This document shows, piece after piece, positions 1 to 11,500 of a stretch of DNA of 64,000 nt. Numbering within the stretch: the first letter of the stretch is position 1; each line of letters opens with the position of its first letter. Below the pieces are notes generated by a model. It ran no database searches, was not told where the DNA came from, and worked only from the letters and a program-made list of their open reading frames with translations. The stretch is from NCBI GenBank assembly GCA_013265495.1, contig MU058533.1:1-64000 (forward strand). Direction: 5' to 3'. A program made the position numbers and the translations under genes. Origin of the DNA: Vicugna vicugna (taxonomy: Eukaryota).

Positions 1-196
1 TGCCACATCTCGGATGCTGGCCTCCTTCCACCACTCACACTGCCCTGAGTGATGCAGCTCCACACTCCTCGGGCACCACAACAGATTGCTCACCACCCAC
101 ATACTCTTCAGTGTGTGAAGACACAAGAGAGAAATCTGGTATGTCTTGCAGAGGGGAGAGGAGGGAAAAATTACAAGGTCATGCTTACTGGGATGA

Positions 197-275
197 TTTA
201 TTTCTTTCTTTCTTTTTCTTTCTTTCTTTCTTTCTTTCTTTCTTATTTTCTTTCTATCTATCTATCTACCTACTT
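197..275 (+). repeat. (TTTC)n/(TATC)n microsatellite
   Basis: Seen directly. Confidence 0.9.
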
Positions 276-720
276 ACCACACCATTAGCACACAAAATAA
301 ACAACTAAAAATGCTATATATTTCCAGATACAAATGATACCCAAATATTGTGATTTCCTCAAAAATGACTGTTTGAAATCAAAATCCAAACATGGTACAC
401 CTGTTTATTTAGTTATGTCCTTAAGGTTCTTTTATTTCTAACAATCCTACTTTATCCTTTATTTATGTCATTTGCAGGGGAGGGTAAAAACTGGTTTCTT
501 TGTCTTATAGAAAGTCCTACATGATATATTTTGCTCATTGTTTCATCGTGGTGTCATTTTACATGTTCCTCAACATGATTTAGGAGGAGAGGCAAGTGAG
601 GAAAGAGACGTTCCTAAGAGGACTGGGACTCCCTGTTGTGCAGAGAAGTTTGGCAATTGTTTTGAGGTTACACCTCATTCAGTTTCTTCCAAGCCTGAAG
701 ACAGAGGAAAGGGAGCAGGT

Positions 721-847
721 TCAGGAGGCCATTGGCTTCTCTCAGACCCGTTTATAGTCACTATAACAGTACCAATCAGACGACCAGGATTTGCACTTCC
801 CCACGTAGACACAGTCATAGAGATAAGATTCATCAGAAGACCAGTTG
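721..847 (-). pseudogene. C-type-lectin-like terminal CRD exon with a nonsense codon (orphan pseudo-exon)
   Basis: ttttcacag|C then NWSSDESYLYDCVYVGKCKSWSSDWYCYSDYKRV*EKPMAS*. The phase-2 start, NW, DCV, W..C and (W/R)V[C]EK ending fit the last exon of CLEC genes. TGA at 744-742 sits where the final Cys would be. Upstream exons were not recognised. Confidence 0.45.
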
Positions 848-1039
848 CTGTGAAAACACACACAAGCATCAGCCAAGGCCCTTACCCACAGCGCTGGGAA
901 AAGGGACTCTCAGCCGTGCCAAGCCGGGATTCTCACTGGCAAGGTAGCAGGAAAGGATTAAGCCACCAGGGGAGGGTCTACCCTTGGAGATATGTGAGAA
1001 ATCCCAGGAAATAAAAAATCCTAGCCTTATTTTACAACA

Positions 1040-1230
1040 CAGTTTCTACACCAGGGAACCATTGACATTGGAGCCATATTATTTGCTGCGAGAGGCTGTC
1101 TTGTGCACTGTACGGTACTGAGCAGTGTCCCTGTCCTCTACCCACTGGGTGCCAGTGGCACCCCGTCTCCATCATGAAAACCAGAAATATTCCAGACACT
1201 GCCAAATATCTCTAGGGGTAAAATCACAGT
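1040..1230. mobile_element. MER20-like hAT DNA transposon relic
   Basis: ATTGACATT...GCTGTCTTGTGCACTGTA...CTCTACCCACT...CCAGACACTGCCAAAT matches the recalled MER20 consensus. Confidence 0.7.
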
Positions 1231-4200
1231 CATCTGATGCAACATCTTGCATTATACATAAAATAAATGAAGCTTAAGTGGACTAATGACTTAATACCTC
1301 TGGGTCTCTGAGGTTAAGTCTGAAGACGTGAGGCATTTGAGTGTCTGCATATAATAGACGATGCATCTGTCAAATGATCCCATACCTCCTTCCTAAATCT
1401 TTCTTCAAATGTTTACAGCCATCATTCATTTATTCCAAAACGGTTTGTTGTGCACTTGCTGTATCCCAAGTCTTGTACTGGGAACCAGAGTCACTAGATG
1501 TGTAGGGTGCCTGTGGACACTAAAGAAGCAGCCTATAGGGTGTGTTAGATGTGTGTAGGCATAGGAAGATCACATTAAATACAACCACAAAACCACACAG
1601 TGTATGGCTGGGCTATTAAAGGAGTTGGATTAATTCATGCTGGGCACAGGATTGGTTCCTCTATGGGACACAGCATCTTGGGCTCGCCACACATGCACTG
1701 CCATTCACAAAACCTGAGATATGCCACCTAAACTGCCCACCTCAGTTTCCCTACTTGTAAACTAGAAATAATTATAATACCTGCCTCTCTGCATTGAGAG
1801 CATTCTGCTCCAAGGACAGAGAGAGAGGGAAGGGAGCATCAGGTAGAAGAGACAGCATGTGCAAAGGACCTGAGGTAGGAAGATGATTGCCCATCCAAGG
1901 AAGGGAAGAAGGCCAATATGACAGGGAACCTGGGCAGAAAGGAGCGAGATGAATGGCTCAAAGTGGCCAAGGTGACAGGGATCAGATTACAAAGGATATT
2001 ACCCTATAATCCCAAAGGCATGAGATGACACTCCATTTATACAGGGGATAACAGCAATGATATACACACAAGGGCAGGTGGGTTCCTGTGATGTCCACCA
2101 CACCTGAAAAGTGAATTTCAGATAAAGGAATAGCCACTCACACTTTCAGGAGGATCTTGCAGTTCACAGACTTTCCACAAAGTTGTAATAAGTCATCTGT
2201 CTGTTTTCTCAGCAAGTATTTAATGAGCACTTACTAGGTGCCAACCTGTGGGAACACCTTGGTGAATAAGTTCAGCGAGGTCCTGCCCTCTCAGGGCTGC
2301 CATTTTGGTGGGGGAGGAGGGGAGGTGTGGATCAAGTAATTAACATAACACAGCTCAGTGAGCATTACGATGGAAGTGGAAGCATCAGCCGCCCTCAGAG
2401 CTCTGGAGACTTCACTCTGTGCATACCCAGCAGCCTGGAGCACTCGTGGTGGTCGCGCTCAGCACCAGGCACTGAGCGTGCTTCGAGTTCTGCTGTCCAG
2501 GACACCACAGTGCTTGCTGTAGCATTTGGCTCTTTGGAGCTCTGGGAATCTCATGGCTCAAAGGAAGAGAACACCACCTCCAATTCCCATTTATGTCTCT
2601 TGATGCTAATCAAATGCCCAAGTTTGGGCTTGAGCCTCAGTGAGGAAACTATCTGGGGACCATGCCTCCAGAGTGGAGTGAACCTGTGGCTCTGTCTGCA
2701 CCTTAGCCCTAAGGTGTGCATCAGACCTCATCTGCCTGCAGCTCTGAAGCTGATCCTTAGGGATTCTTTAATTTGCCCAAATGAAGTGGAGGCAGTGAAT
2801 TGCAAGTCAACTTTTAATGAGCACCAGGCGGCACTGAAATCCCATGACTTGGTCACTAACAAAACTTGGAATTGGCTTCTAGGGATTACCTGCCAGCAGG
2901 GTTTGGCAGACTGTGCTGAGTGCATGTCCTAGCGGGCTCTTTAATGCCAATCATGTCTAAAATATTTTTAACCTATCTGTGCTCTCAAGGAAGAATGCCC
3001 AGGGGCCTTGACTGATGGGCACGGAGAGTGATGGGGTGGGGCTGGAGGCAGCAGTTCAGTTGAATTCTACTAATTGTCGGCTAAGGAGATCCCGTGACAT
3101 CATTTCAACTGAATTCTCTTGAGACTTGCTGTCTTTTAATTTACCGTTTTCATCGTTTGAACAGAGACCATCTAGCCACCAGTGTGACTTGTTCATTTCT
3201 CTTCAGGTTCTTAAGCACAGACTAATAGGCAAGAGGAGACATGTAGTAGAGTGGATAGCTTCCTGCTTTAGGGCACTGACTCACAGCAGGCAGATGTGGG
3301 ATCAAATCCTAGCTCCATCACTTCCTGGCTGTGTAACCTTGGTAAAGCAAACTGACATCCCTAAGCCTCTGACTGCACATGCTTCATGGCATGTAAACTT
3401 GCGGCACACAGTAAATGCTCCGTAAATGCTAGGTAGCATTGTTTCATCAATCAGTACAGTCCTGTAGGTATTTGAGCCAATCAGCTACTTCATTTACCTT
3501 ACCCCATGCCTTGAAACTCATCCATTCATTCATCCAACCAACACTTTTTGAGCACTATAGAAAGTGCCCCTGGACAAGTTCCAGCCTCTGGGAACCAGAC
3601 ACCCAGAGCAAGAAAGGGTGTCAGGCCAACCTCAGAGGGACGGGAAGGCACTGCAGCCAGTGCCTGGACCAGGTTCAGCTCTGTGGGCCTGTGGGTGGCT
3701 CTCATTATAATACTTGTTTCCTCTACTTCTATAAGTTCTCCTCTCCTCCCTTTATCCTCTCTCATCACCCCTTTCAGCCACTTCCCCAAGCCCACAACGC
3801 GTACATATTCTGCACAACTGATGCCCTTCTCTTGGAGGTGACTATGGCAATATGAACTAAAATGTCACTGCTATTCACCAATAAATTACTATGTGCCAGT
3901 CCTGGAGCTAAACACTGTCCATGAGTCATCTCATTAACTGTTCTCAAGTGGGTTCAGCTAAAGTCCCCATTGTGCAAATGGTGAAGCTGAATCTCAGTGA
4001 ACTTTAGTCACCCAAGGACATGCACCTTATAAAGGGCAAAGCGAAGATTTAAATCAGCTCTGCCTGACCCCAGGGCCTGAATACTCACCACTACACTACC
4101 CTCTCCCCAGAACACCCCAGTGACCTGATCCTGTTCACACCTGGTTGTTTGTTAGGGAAAATCTCATGCCTGTCAGTTTCTGCTCCAACTTCAGCTGGTG

Positions 4201-4427
4201 GATCACATGAGGTGCCCCCAAGGCCGGGGTTGAAGAGGGGGTCTGATCTATCCAAAAGACGTGGAAGGGAGAAAGAAAAATTTAACTACAGCGACTTAAA
4301 AAAATATGAAAACTAGGCAACAGCAAACTTCTGATGTAAGAGTTACTCCTAACACATGAGTGAATGTGATGGGTTAAAATCAACTAGAAGACAGAGTTCT
4401 TAGATTTGATTAAATAAGAAAGAAACG

Positions 4428-5574
4428 TCTCGGTATGGTGTATAAAGACACTCATTTAAAACAAGAATACAGAAAATTAGATTTAGAAAAGAAGAAATGA
4501 GGGAATGACTGCTTAATAGATTCAGGTATTCTTTTTGGAGTGACAAAAGTGTCTGGAACTCGACAAAGGTGACAGTTGTTCAACATTGCTAAAGTACTAA
4601 ATGCCACAGACAATTACTCACTTTAAAGCTACTACGTTTTGTTATGTGAATATCACCTCATTTTTTAAAAGACAGAAAAGAAATAGCCAACAAACATTTT
4701 AAAAAACAACCCTGGGGTAGCAATCTCAATATTAATAGATGATAAAATGAAAGGAAAAAGGATCTTATATGACACATAAAGAATTTATACATTTTTAAAG
4801 AGCCAAGACAGATTGTAAATAGATGTAAGCTCAACATACATAAAGCAGTAAGTGAAAATGCATAGCTAAATCAACACCAGTACTTGGAGATTTTATCTCA
4901 ACCCTCTTAACAATAGGTAAGTAAAGCAGACAAGACTCAGGCTAAGGAATATATTCTCTAAATACCACATCTTAAAAATTGAGAGATAGTTAGAGGGAGA
5001 AATGTACACCCGAGAGAAATACAACTCACTCTCCAAGCACACATGGAATATTGATAAAAAGTTAATCATATATTTGCCCCCCCAAAAAAACTGAATGAAC
5101 TCCACAGCATTCTATTATCTATATGTTTGACTACATTGCACTAAAATTAAATCACAAAACAATAACTAGAAATGCACACGTCTGGCGGGACGGTAAAGCT
5201 CAAAGGGTAGAGCGCATGCTTAGCGTGCATGACGTCCTGGGTTCAATCCCCAGTACCTCCTCTAAAAACAAATAAACCTCATTACCTCCTTCCCCCAAAA
5301 TTAAAAGAATACAATCATAAATGAATTTTTTAAATGCACATGTCTGGAGACCGTGTCAGTGAAATCACTTTTGGAATCATCAGAGGATTCCCCAGAGTTC
5401 AGGGTTGAAAATCAAGAATTTAGTTAAGAATATTGAGTCTGAGATGGTTATTAGACTTCCAAATAAAGATGATCATAAGAGAAAGGTAAGTTTTCTATAC
5501 ACAAGGCTTTTATTGGATGAATCAATGTCCCTATGGTCTCTGTCCCAAAGCATGGAAGAAACGTTAGTCATTCT
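4428..5574 (+). repeat. Copy 1 of a 1147-bp direct duplication flanking the N gap
   Basis: Identical by eye to 6015-7161. Confidence 0.95.
5184..5331 (+). mobile_element. tRNA-derived SINE (Vic-1-like)
   Basis: A-box/B-box (GGTTCAATCCC), A-rich tail, TSD AAATGCACAYGTCT. Confidence 0.8.
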
Positions 5575-6014
5575 NNNNNNNNNNNNNNNNNNNNNNNNNN
5601 NNNNNNNNNNNNNNNNNNNNNNNNNNNNNNNNNNNNNNNNNNNNNNNNNNNNNNNNNNNNNNNNNNNNNNNNNNNNNNNNNNNNNNNNNNNNNNNNNNNN
5701 NNNNNNNNNNNNNNNNNNNNNNNNNNNNNNNNNNNNNNNNNNNNNNNNNNNNNNNNNNNNNNNNNNNNNNNNNNNNNNNNNNNNNNNNNNNNNNNNNNNN
5801 NNNNNNNNNNNNNNNNNNNNNNNNNNNNNNNNNNNNNNNNNNNNNNNNNNNNNNNNNNNNNNNNNNNNNNNNNNNNNNNNNNNNNNNNNNNNNNNNNNNN
5901 NNNNNNNNNNNNNNNNNNNNNNNNNNNNNNNNNNNNNNNNNNNNNNNNNNNNNNNNNNNNNNNNNNNNNNNNNNNNNNNNNNNNNNNNNNNNNNNNNNNN
6001 NNNNNNNNNNNNNN
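5575..6014. other. Assembly gap (440 N)
   Basis: Run of N. Confidence 1.
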
Positions 6015-7161
6015 TCTCGGTATGGTGTATAAAGACACTCATTTAAAACAAGAATACAGAAAATTAGATTTAGAAAAGAAGAAATGAGGGAATGACTGCT
6101 TAATAGATTCAGGTATTCTTTTTGGAGTGACAAAAGTGTCTGGAACTCGACAAAGGTGACAGTTGTTCAACATTGCTAAAGTACTAAATGCCACAGACAA
6201 TTACTCACTTTAAAGCTACTACGTTTTGTTATGTGAATATCACCTCATTTTTTAAAAGACAGAAAAGAAATAGCCAACAAACATTTTAAAAAACAACCCT
6301 GGGGTAGCAATCTCAATATTAATAGATGATAAAATGAAAGGAAAAAGGATCTTATATGACACATAAAGAATTTATACATTTTTAAAGAGCCAAGACAGAT
6401 TGTAAATAGATGTAAGCTCAACATACATAAAGCAGTAAGTGAAAATGCATAGCTAAATCAACACCAGTACTTGGAGATTTTATCTCAACCCTCTTAACAA
6501 TAGGTAAGTAAAGCAGACAAGACTCAGGCTAAGGAATATATTCTCTAAATACCACATCTTAAAAATTGAGAGATAGTTAGAGGGAGAAATGTACACCCGA
6601 GAGAAATACAACTCACTCTCCAAGCACACATGGAATATTGATAAAAAGTTAATCATATATTTGCCCCCCCAAAAAAACTGAATGAACTCCACAGCATTCT
6701 ATTATCTATATGTTTGACTACATTGCACTAAAATTAAATCACAAAACAATAACTAGAAATGCACACGTCTGGCGGGACGGTAAAGCTCAAAGGGTAGAGC
6801 GCATGCTTAGCGTGCATGACGTCCTGGGTTCAATCCCCAGTACCTCCTCTAAAAACAAATAAACCTCATTACCTCCTTCCCCCAAAATTAAAAGAATACA
6901 ATCATAAATGAATTTTTTAAATGCACATGTCTGGAGACCGTGTCAGTGAAATCACTTTTGGAATCATCAGAGGATTCCCCAGAGTTCAGGGTTGAAAATC
7001 AAGAATTTAGTTAAGAATATTGAGTCTGAGATGGTTATTAGACTTCCAAATAAAGATGATCATAAGAGAAAGGTAAGTTTTCTATACACAAGGCTTTTAT
7101 TGGATGAATCAATGTCCCTATGGTCTCTGTCCCAAAGCATGGAAGAAACGTTAGTCATTCT
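6015..7161 (+). repeat. Copy 2 of the 1147-bp duplication
   Basis: Offset 1587 from copy 1, starting exactly at the gap end. Confidence 0.95.
6771..6918 (+). mobile_element. tRNA-derived SINE (Vic-1-like), duplicate of 5184-5331
   Basis: Lies within the gap-flanking duplication. Confidence 0.75.
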
Positions 7162-7344
7162 ATTACTACACTCTGTTAGTTACATTTAGAATTTTGTTTC
7201 ATTATGAAATAATTTAGATTCACTAGGCTTCTGGGTGTTTTTAGACTTCTATTTTTATTTGATTTTCATCCTCTTTTCCATATTTTTGTATTTGGTATTA
7301 TTACAGTTAAATATTTACTTTTGTTTAGTAATATATGAACCTGA

Positions 7345-7835
7345 TTAAGTAGAAATTGGAGTAGGTGAATGGATAGATAAACTGTGGTACATCCGGACAA
7401 TGGAACATTATTAAACACTAAAGAGAAATGAGCTATCAAGCCATGGAAAGACATGGAAGAAACTTCAATGCATATTATTAAGGGCAAGAAGCCAATCTGC
7501 ATGGGCTACATACTATATGATTCCAACTCTGTAATATTCTGGAAAAGGCAAAACTATGGAGACAGTAAGAAGATCAGTGGTTGCCAGGGGTTAGGGGACA
7601 GGGATGGATGAATAGGCAGGCCACAGGGCATTTTTAGGGCAGTGAAATATTCTGTGTGGTACTATACTAATGGATAAATGCCATTATCTATTTGTCAAGA
7701 TTCACAGAATGCATAACACCAAGAGTGAACTCTAATGTAAACTATGGACTTTGGGTGATAATGACGTGTCAATGTAGGTTCATCATTTGTTACAAATGTA
7801 CCACTCTGATGCCAGATGTTGACAGTAGGGAAGGC
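7345..7835 (+). mobile_element. Old L1 3' end fragment (L1M-like)
   Basis: GAATGGATAGATAAACTGTGGTACATC...GGCAAAACTATGGAGACAGTAA...GTAAACTATGGACTTTGGGTGATAATG. Confidence 0.75.
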
Positions 7836-8392
7836 TGTGAACCTGGAGGACAACGAGGTGGGGGACGGTTATATGCATGGCGGACTGGTAGGCAGTCTGA
7901 AAACCCCTTTCCAATTGCTGACTTTAGAGGCTTTACCTGAGAAGGCTAGGGTTTTAGTATGGGTGTCTCTGTTCTATTCCCTCTCTGTTCATTGGAGATC
8001 TGGAGCACCACAGATTTAAAGTACTTTTCTCCCAGACTCTAATATACGATGAAAAGCATCTCCTACTCCTCAAGTCCATCTTTAACCCTGATCCCTCTCC
8101 TGCTCAAACACCTCCTGTGGCTTCTTATTGCTCCTGCTTGGGCTCTGGGAAGACCTGCGATCAGCATAGAGCCTGTGGTCAGCTGGAGAGGTAAGGTCTT
8201 GGGCTCAGAGCCACCAGCCCCGCCTCCACTTAACCACGCCCAGCCGCTGAAGCCTCTCAGACCACCGCCCCAGCGCCCCCTGCAGGCTCGCGGTGAGGCT
8301 CAGGGAGAAGTGAAAGCGCAGTTTTACCCAAAGGAATCTGCAGTGGTAAGGGGGGTGGGTCAGACTGAATCCGTGGTCTGGCGACAGTGGGG

Positions 8393-8570
8393 TCACTGAG
8401 CTCCTGCGCTCAGTGGCTCCACCCGCAGCCAAAGTCCACCTTCTGCGCGCAGGATCAGCTCCGGCGACCTGCGTGGCTCCTCTTTATCCGGCAGGACGCG
8501 GAAGCGCAGCAGCGTGAGCGCTAGGACCACCTTCATCTCAGTCATGGCAAACGACTGCCCGATGCAGTTC
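8393..8570 (-). CDS. CYP4F3: Gene A E13 coding part (178 nt; NCIGQSFAM...EPLSAGAQ*)
   Basis: cag acceptor, heme-ligand Cys468, TGA at 8395-8393. Confidence 0.93.
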
Positions 8571-11500
8571 CTGCAGGCAGGAGTCAGGGCTCTAGCTGTG
8601 CCCGGCACCCTCGTCCTGGCCCCATCGCGCCAGGAATCTGGCCCACAACCCACAACCCCACCCACAGGAGAAGAGAAGGAGGCTAACCGTGCCTCGGTTA
8701 GCTGTGGGACCCCCATGTGGACTTGCATATCCTAACCCAGACTCCAGTCCTGAACTCAGACTAGCAGATGGGAATGGGGCTCTCAACAGATCATGGACCC
8801 TTCCTTCGACCCACTCCCCCATTCCCCAGACCCTTACCCATACCCTTGAGGGGAGGGGAGGGAAGGAGAGCCCCAGTTCTGACCATCTACAATTTTCCCC
8901 CTTCTCTGTCCCCACAGTCATGCCTGGCATCTCAGTCCCAGACCCCCTCGCCTCCATCACCCCATCCCCTCTTCAGATACCCACTGCCTTCACCTGGGCC
9001 CCGCCGAGAAGGGAATAAAAGCCAAAGGTGACCTCCCCTTGATGTTTTCCGGGTCGAAACGAAAGGGATCATAAACCTAGGAGCAAGGACAAGACAATGC
9101 TAATGGGTGGGATCTCCCAGGACATCTGGCCCTGGAGAGGCAGGTATGTGTAGAATGGGGGGAGATGATGTCTGATTTGCCAAGCCTGGGCCCTGTGCCT
9201 TCCCCTGGGTCCCACTAGGGGAGTGGACAAGGATGAGGGAGGTGGAGGGTGGAGGAGGCAGCACCTCAGGGTCTGGCCACACGGTTGGGTTGTGGTGGAT
9301 CCCGAAAATACTGATGAGGCAGATAACACCTGTAGGTGAGGAGGGAACAGTCAGGACTATGTTCTCCACACCTGATTGGCCCCTCCTGAGCAAGAACCTC
9401 CTCCCCTAATCATTGTGGTAACCTTTGGGGATGACCCGACCATCTGGGAGTGCAATGTCCTGGGTACAGCGACGAGAGACGGTCGGGACTGGAGGATGCA
9501 ACCGCAGACTCTCCTTGATGCACATAGTCAGGAAAGGCAACTGGGTCAGGTCGTCCCTAAGGAACCCCCATGAAAATTATCCAGGGAGCAAAAACAGAGA
9601 CCCCACCCCCCAGCCTTCCCGATGCCTTGTAAGATCCTCTCTCCCCATAACAAAATCACAGATGGATCTACTATCTTCAAACTCATTAAGTCACATATAA
9701 ATGTACATTTTTTGGTCCATCATACTTTAATAAAATGTTTTCAAAAAAAGAAAGACAAGTGATATTACAGAAGCACCAGACAAAATTTAGCCATATATTT
9801 TAGAAGTTTTTCTGAGCAAAACACAACACTCAAAAGCCAACCATGAAAACGTTTACAAATTTTTATGAAAATAAAATATTCTTTTTGGGAAGAAAGCAAA
9901 ATCAAGAGGCAAACGACCAAGGAAAAAAAAGAAATAGATTCAATGTTTATTCTTATGTATTACAGCACTAGAGATACTAGCTAATGCAATTAGACAGGGG
10001 AAAAAAGGAGAGTAATGCCATTTGAAATGGGGGGGTAAATGTATCATTTTTGACAGATAGTAATTTTATACTTAGAAAATAAGAGAATTCACTGGAAAAC
10101 TTTGATGACCACTGAAGATAAAATCTAGTACGGGGCCTGGATTCTTTTTCTTTAATCTCCTTCTCTTTGTATACTGATTAAAATTCTTAAGAACTGATAC
10201 AGTTAAGTAGTTCAAAATTGGAAAAATATAAAACTCCACCCCTATGGCCCAACAGCACTCATTTCCCCTCCTCACAGTCTGCCTGGTGATTATTTTTTAT
10301 TATCTTTCCAGAGGTACTTTTTTGTGTTAAAAAAAATTATACATTGTAAACATTGTACCTTTATTTATCACCCCTTTAACACTCTCCCTTCCCATCCCTA
10401 GGCAAATGCTAATGTACCCTCTGTTTTTATACATTTGTCTATTCTAAATATTGCTAAATATAAATACAATCATATAATATATTTTTTAAATGATATGGTA
10501 GCATACTATATACTATACACACTGCTTTATCTTTTTCATGTAATAGTATATCAAACTCTTCTTGTACATCTCCTGGGACTTGTGTCAAGAAAAGGGCCTT
10601 CCCTACTCTGGAGCCATAAAATAATGTCCTATGGTCACCTCCAGAGACTTTAACACTCCTTTATTTTTTATTTTAAATATGTGATTCATGTGGGTGTTAT
10701 TTTCTTATAAGACATGAGAAGCAGGTTGAATGAACTTTTTTCCATGTAGCTCCCCAGTTGTTCCAAGAGCTTTTAGTAAATGGTCTTTATTTTTCCTATT
10801 GATATGAGACTCCATATTTAGCACTAACCATATGCACTTGGCAAGAAATTTATATCCATAAATTATTATTTCCCAAAACTCATATTTTAAGAGGTAAAGA
10901 TCTCAAATATATTTTAATATGCAGACCTTAACTCTTAATAGGGAGGGGAGTGAGAGAGAGACCACATATAAGGGATTAAGAAAGGAGTCCATCTTTATTA
11001 TAAGCATTTTGGTACTTTTTTAACCAAGTGCAAAATTTTGTTTGAAGTCCTGGTTTAAAAAGAGTGAAAATGTTTCTCCACCTCACGGGACTGCTGTGAT
11101 GAGCAAAGGCTTGGAGTGGAGGACACTACCTCCAAAATACCTGTCCAGTCCAAAGCCTCCTCACCGTCCTCCAGCCCCTGGACTGCCTCAGGTCTCAAAA
11201 TCTCCTCCCCGGGCCCCCATTCCATAGCTTGTCCTCTCCGGTATGTCCACCACACTAGTGCTAGAAAGATCTCTCCGGTAGCCAGATCTCTCCTGTCCTC
11301 CTGCTCAAACACTGCTCTTGCTTCCCCTTTGGCCTTGGGTTTAAATTGAAGCTACTGACATTGTTTTCAGAGTCTTCCACAACCGACCACTGCTGCCATC
11401 TATCTTCCAGCCTCGTCATCTCACCAAGAGTCAGCCTCTCCCTCCTTCCCTCCATCCTTCCTCCTTCCTCCTTCTGTCCCTTTCTCTCTCCCTCTATCTC

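Noticed and set aside
848..935. Apparent small exon with a gtaagg donor just upstream of the lectin-like exon
   Set aside because: The implied intron is only about 38 nt, too short for mammalian splicing, and the translation is not lectin-like.
538..1014. 158-aa plus-strand ORF and 64-aa minus-strand ORF (675..869)
   Set aside because: Neither has a recognisable domain. A different minus-strand frame gives the lectin-like pattern.
2327..2932. 201-aa ORF, and similar ORFs such as 28332-28940
   Set aside because: They have non-ATG starts, no recognisable domain and no splice context, as expected by chance in intergenic DNA.
4141..4250. Possible minus-strand exon (polypyrimidine-tag ... CAG|gtgtga) of the putative lectin gene
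   Set aside because: The frame is open but the peptide is unrecognisable, so it cannot be supported without homology data.
5405..6133. Long ORFs across 5405-6133
   Set aside because: They are artefacts of translating the 440-N gap.
11073..11180. Faint resemblance of the intronic island peptide to the P450 J-helix (LKDxE..xW..L..xP...C)
   Set aside because: It is too weak to distinguish from chance by eye, so it is not claimed as a CYP fragment.
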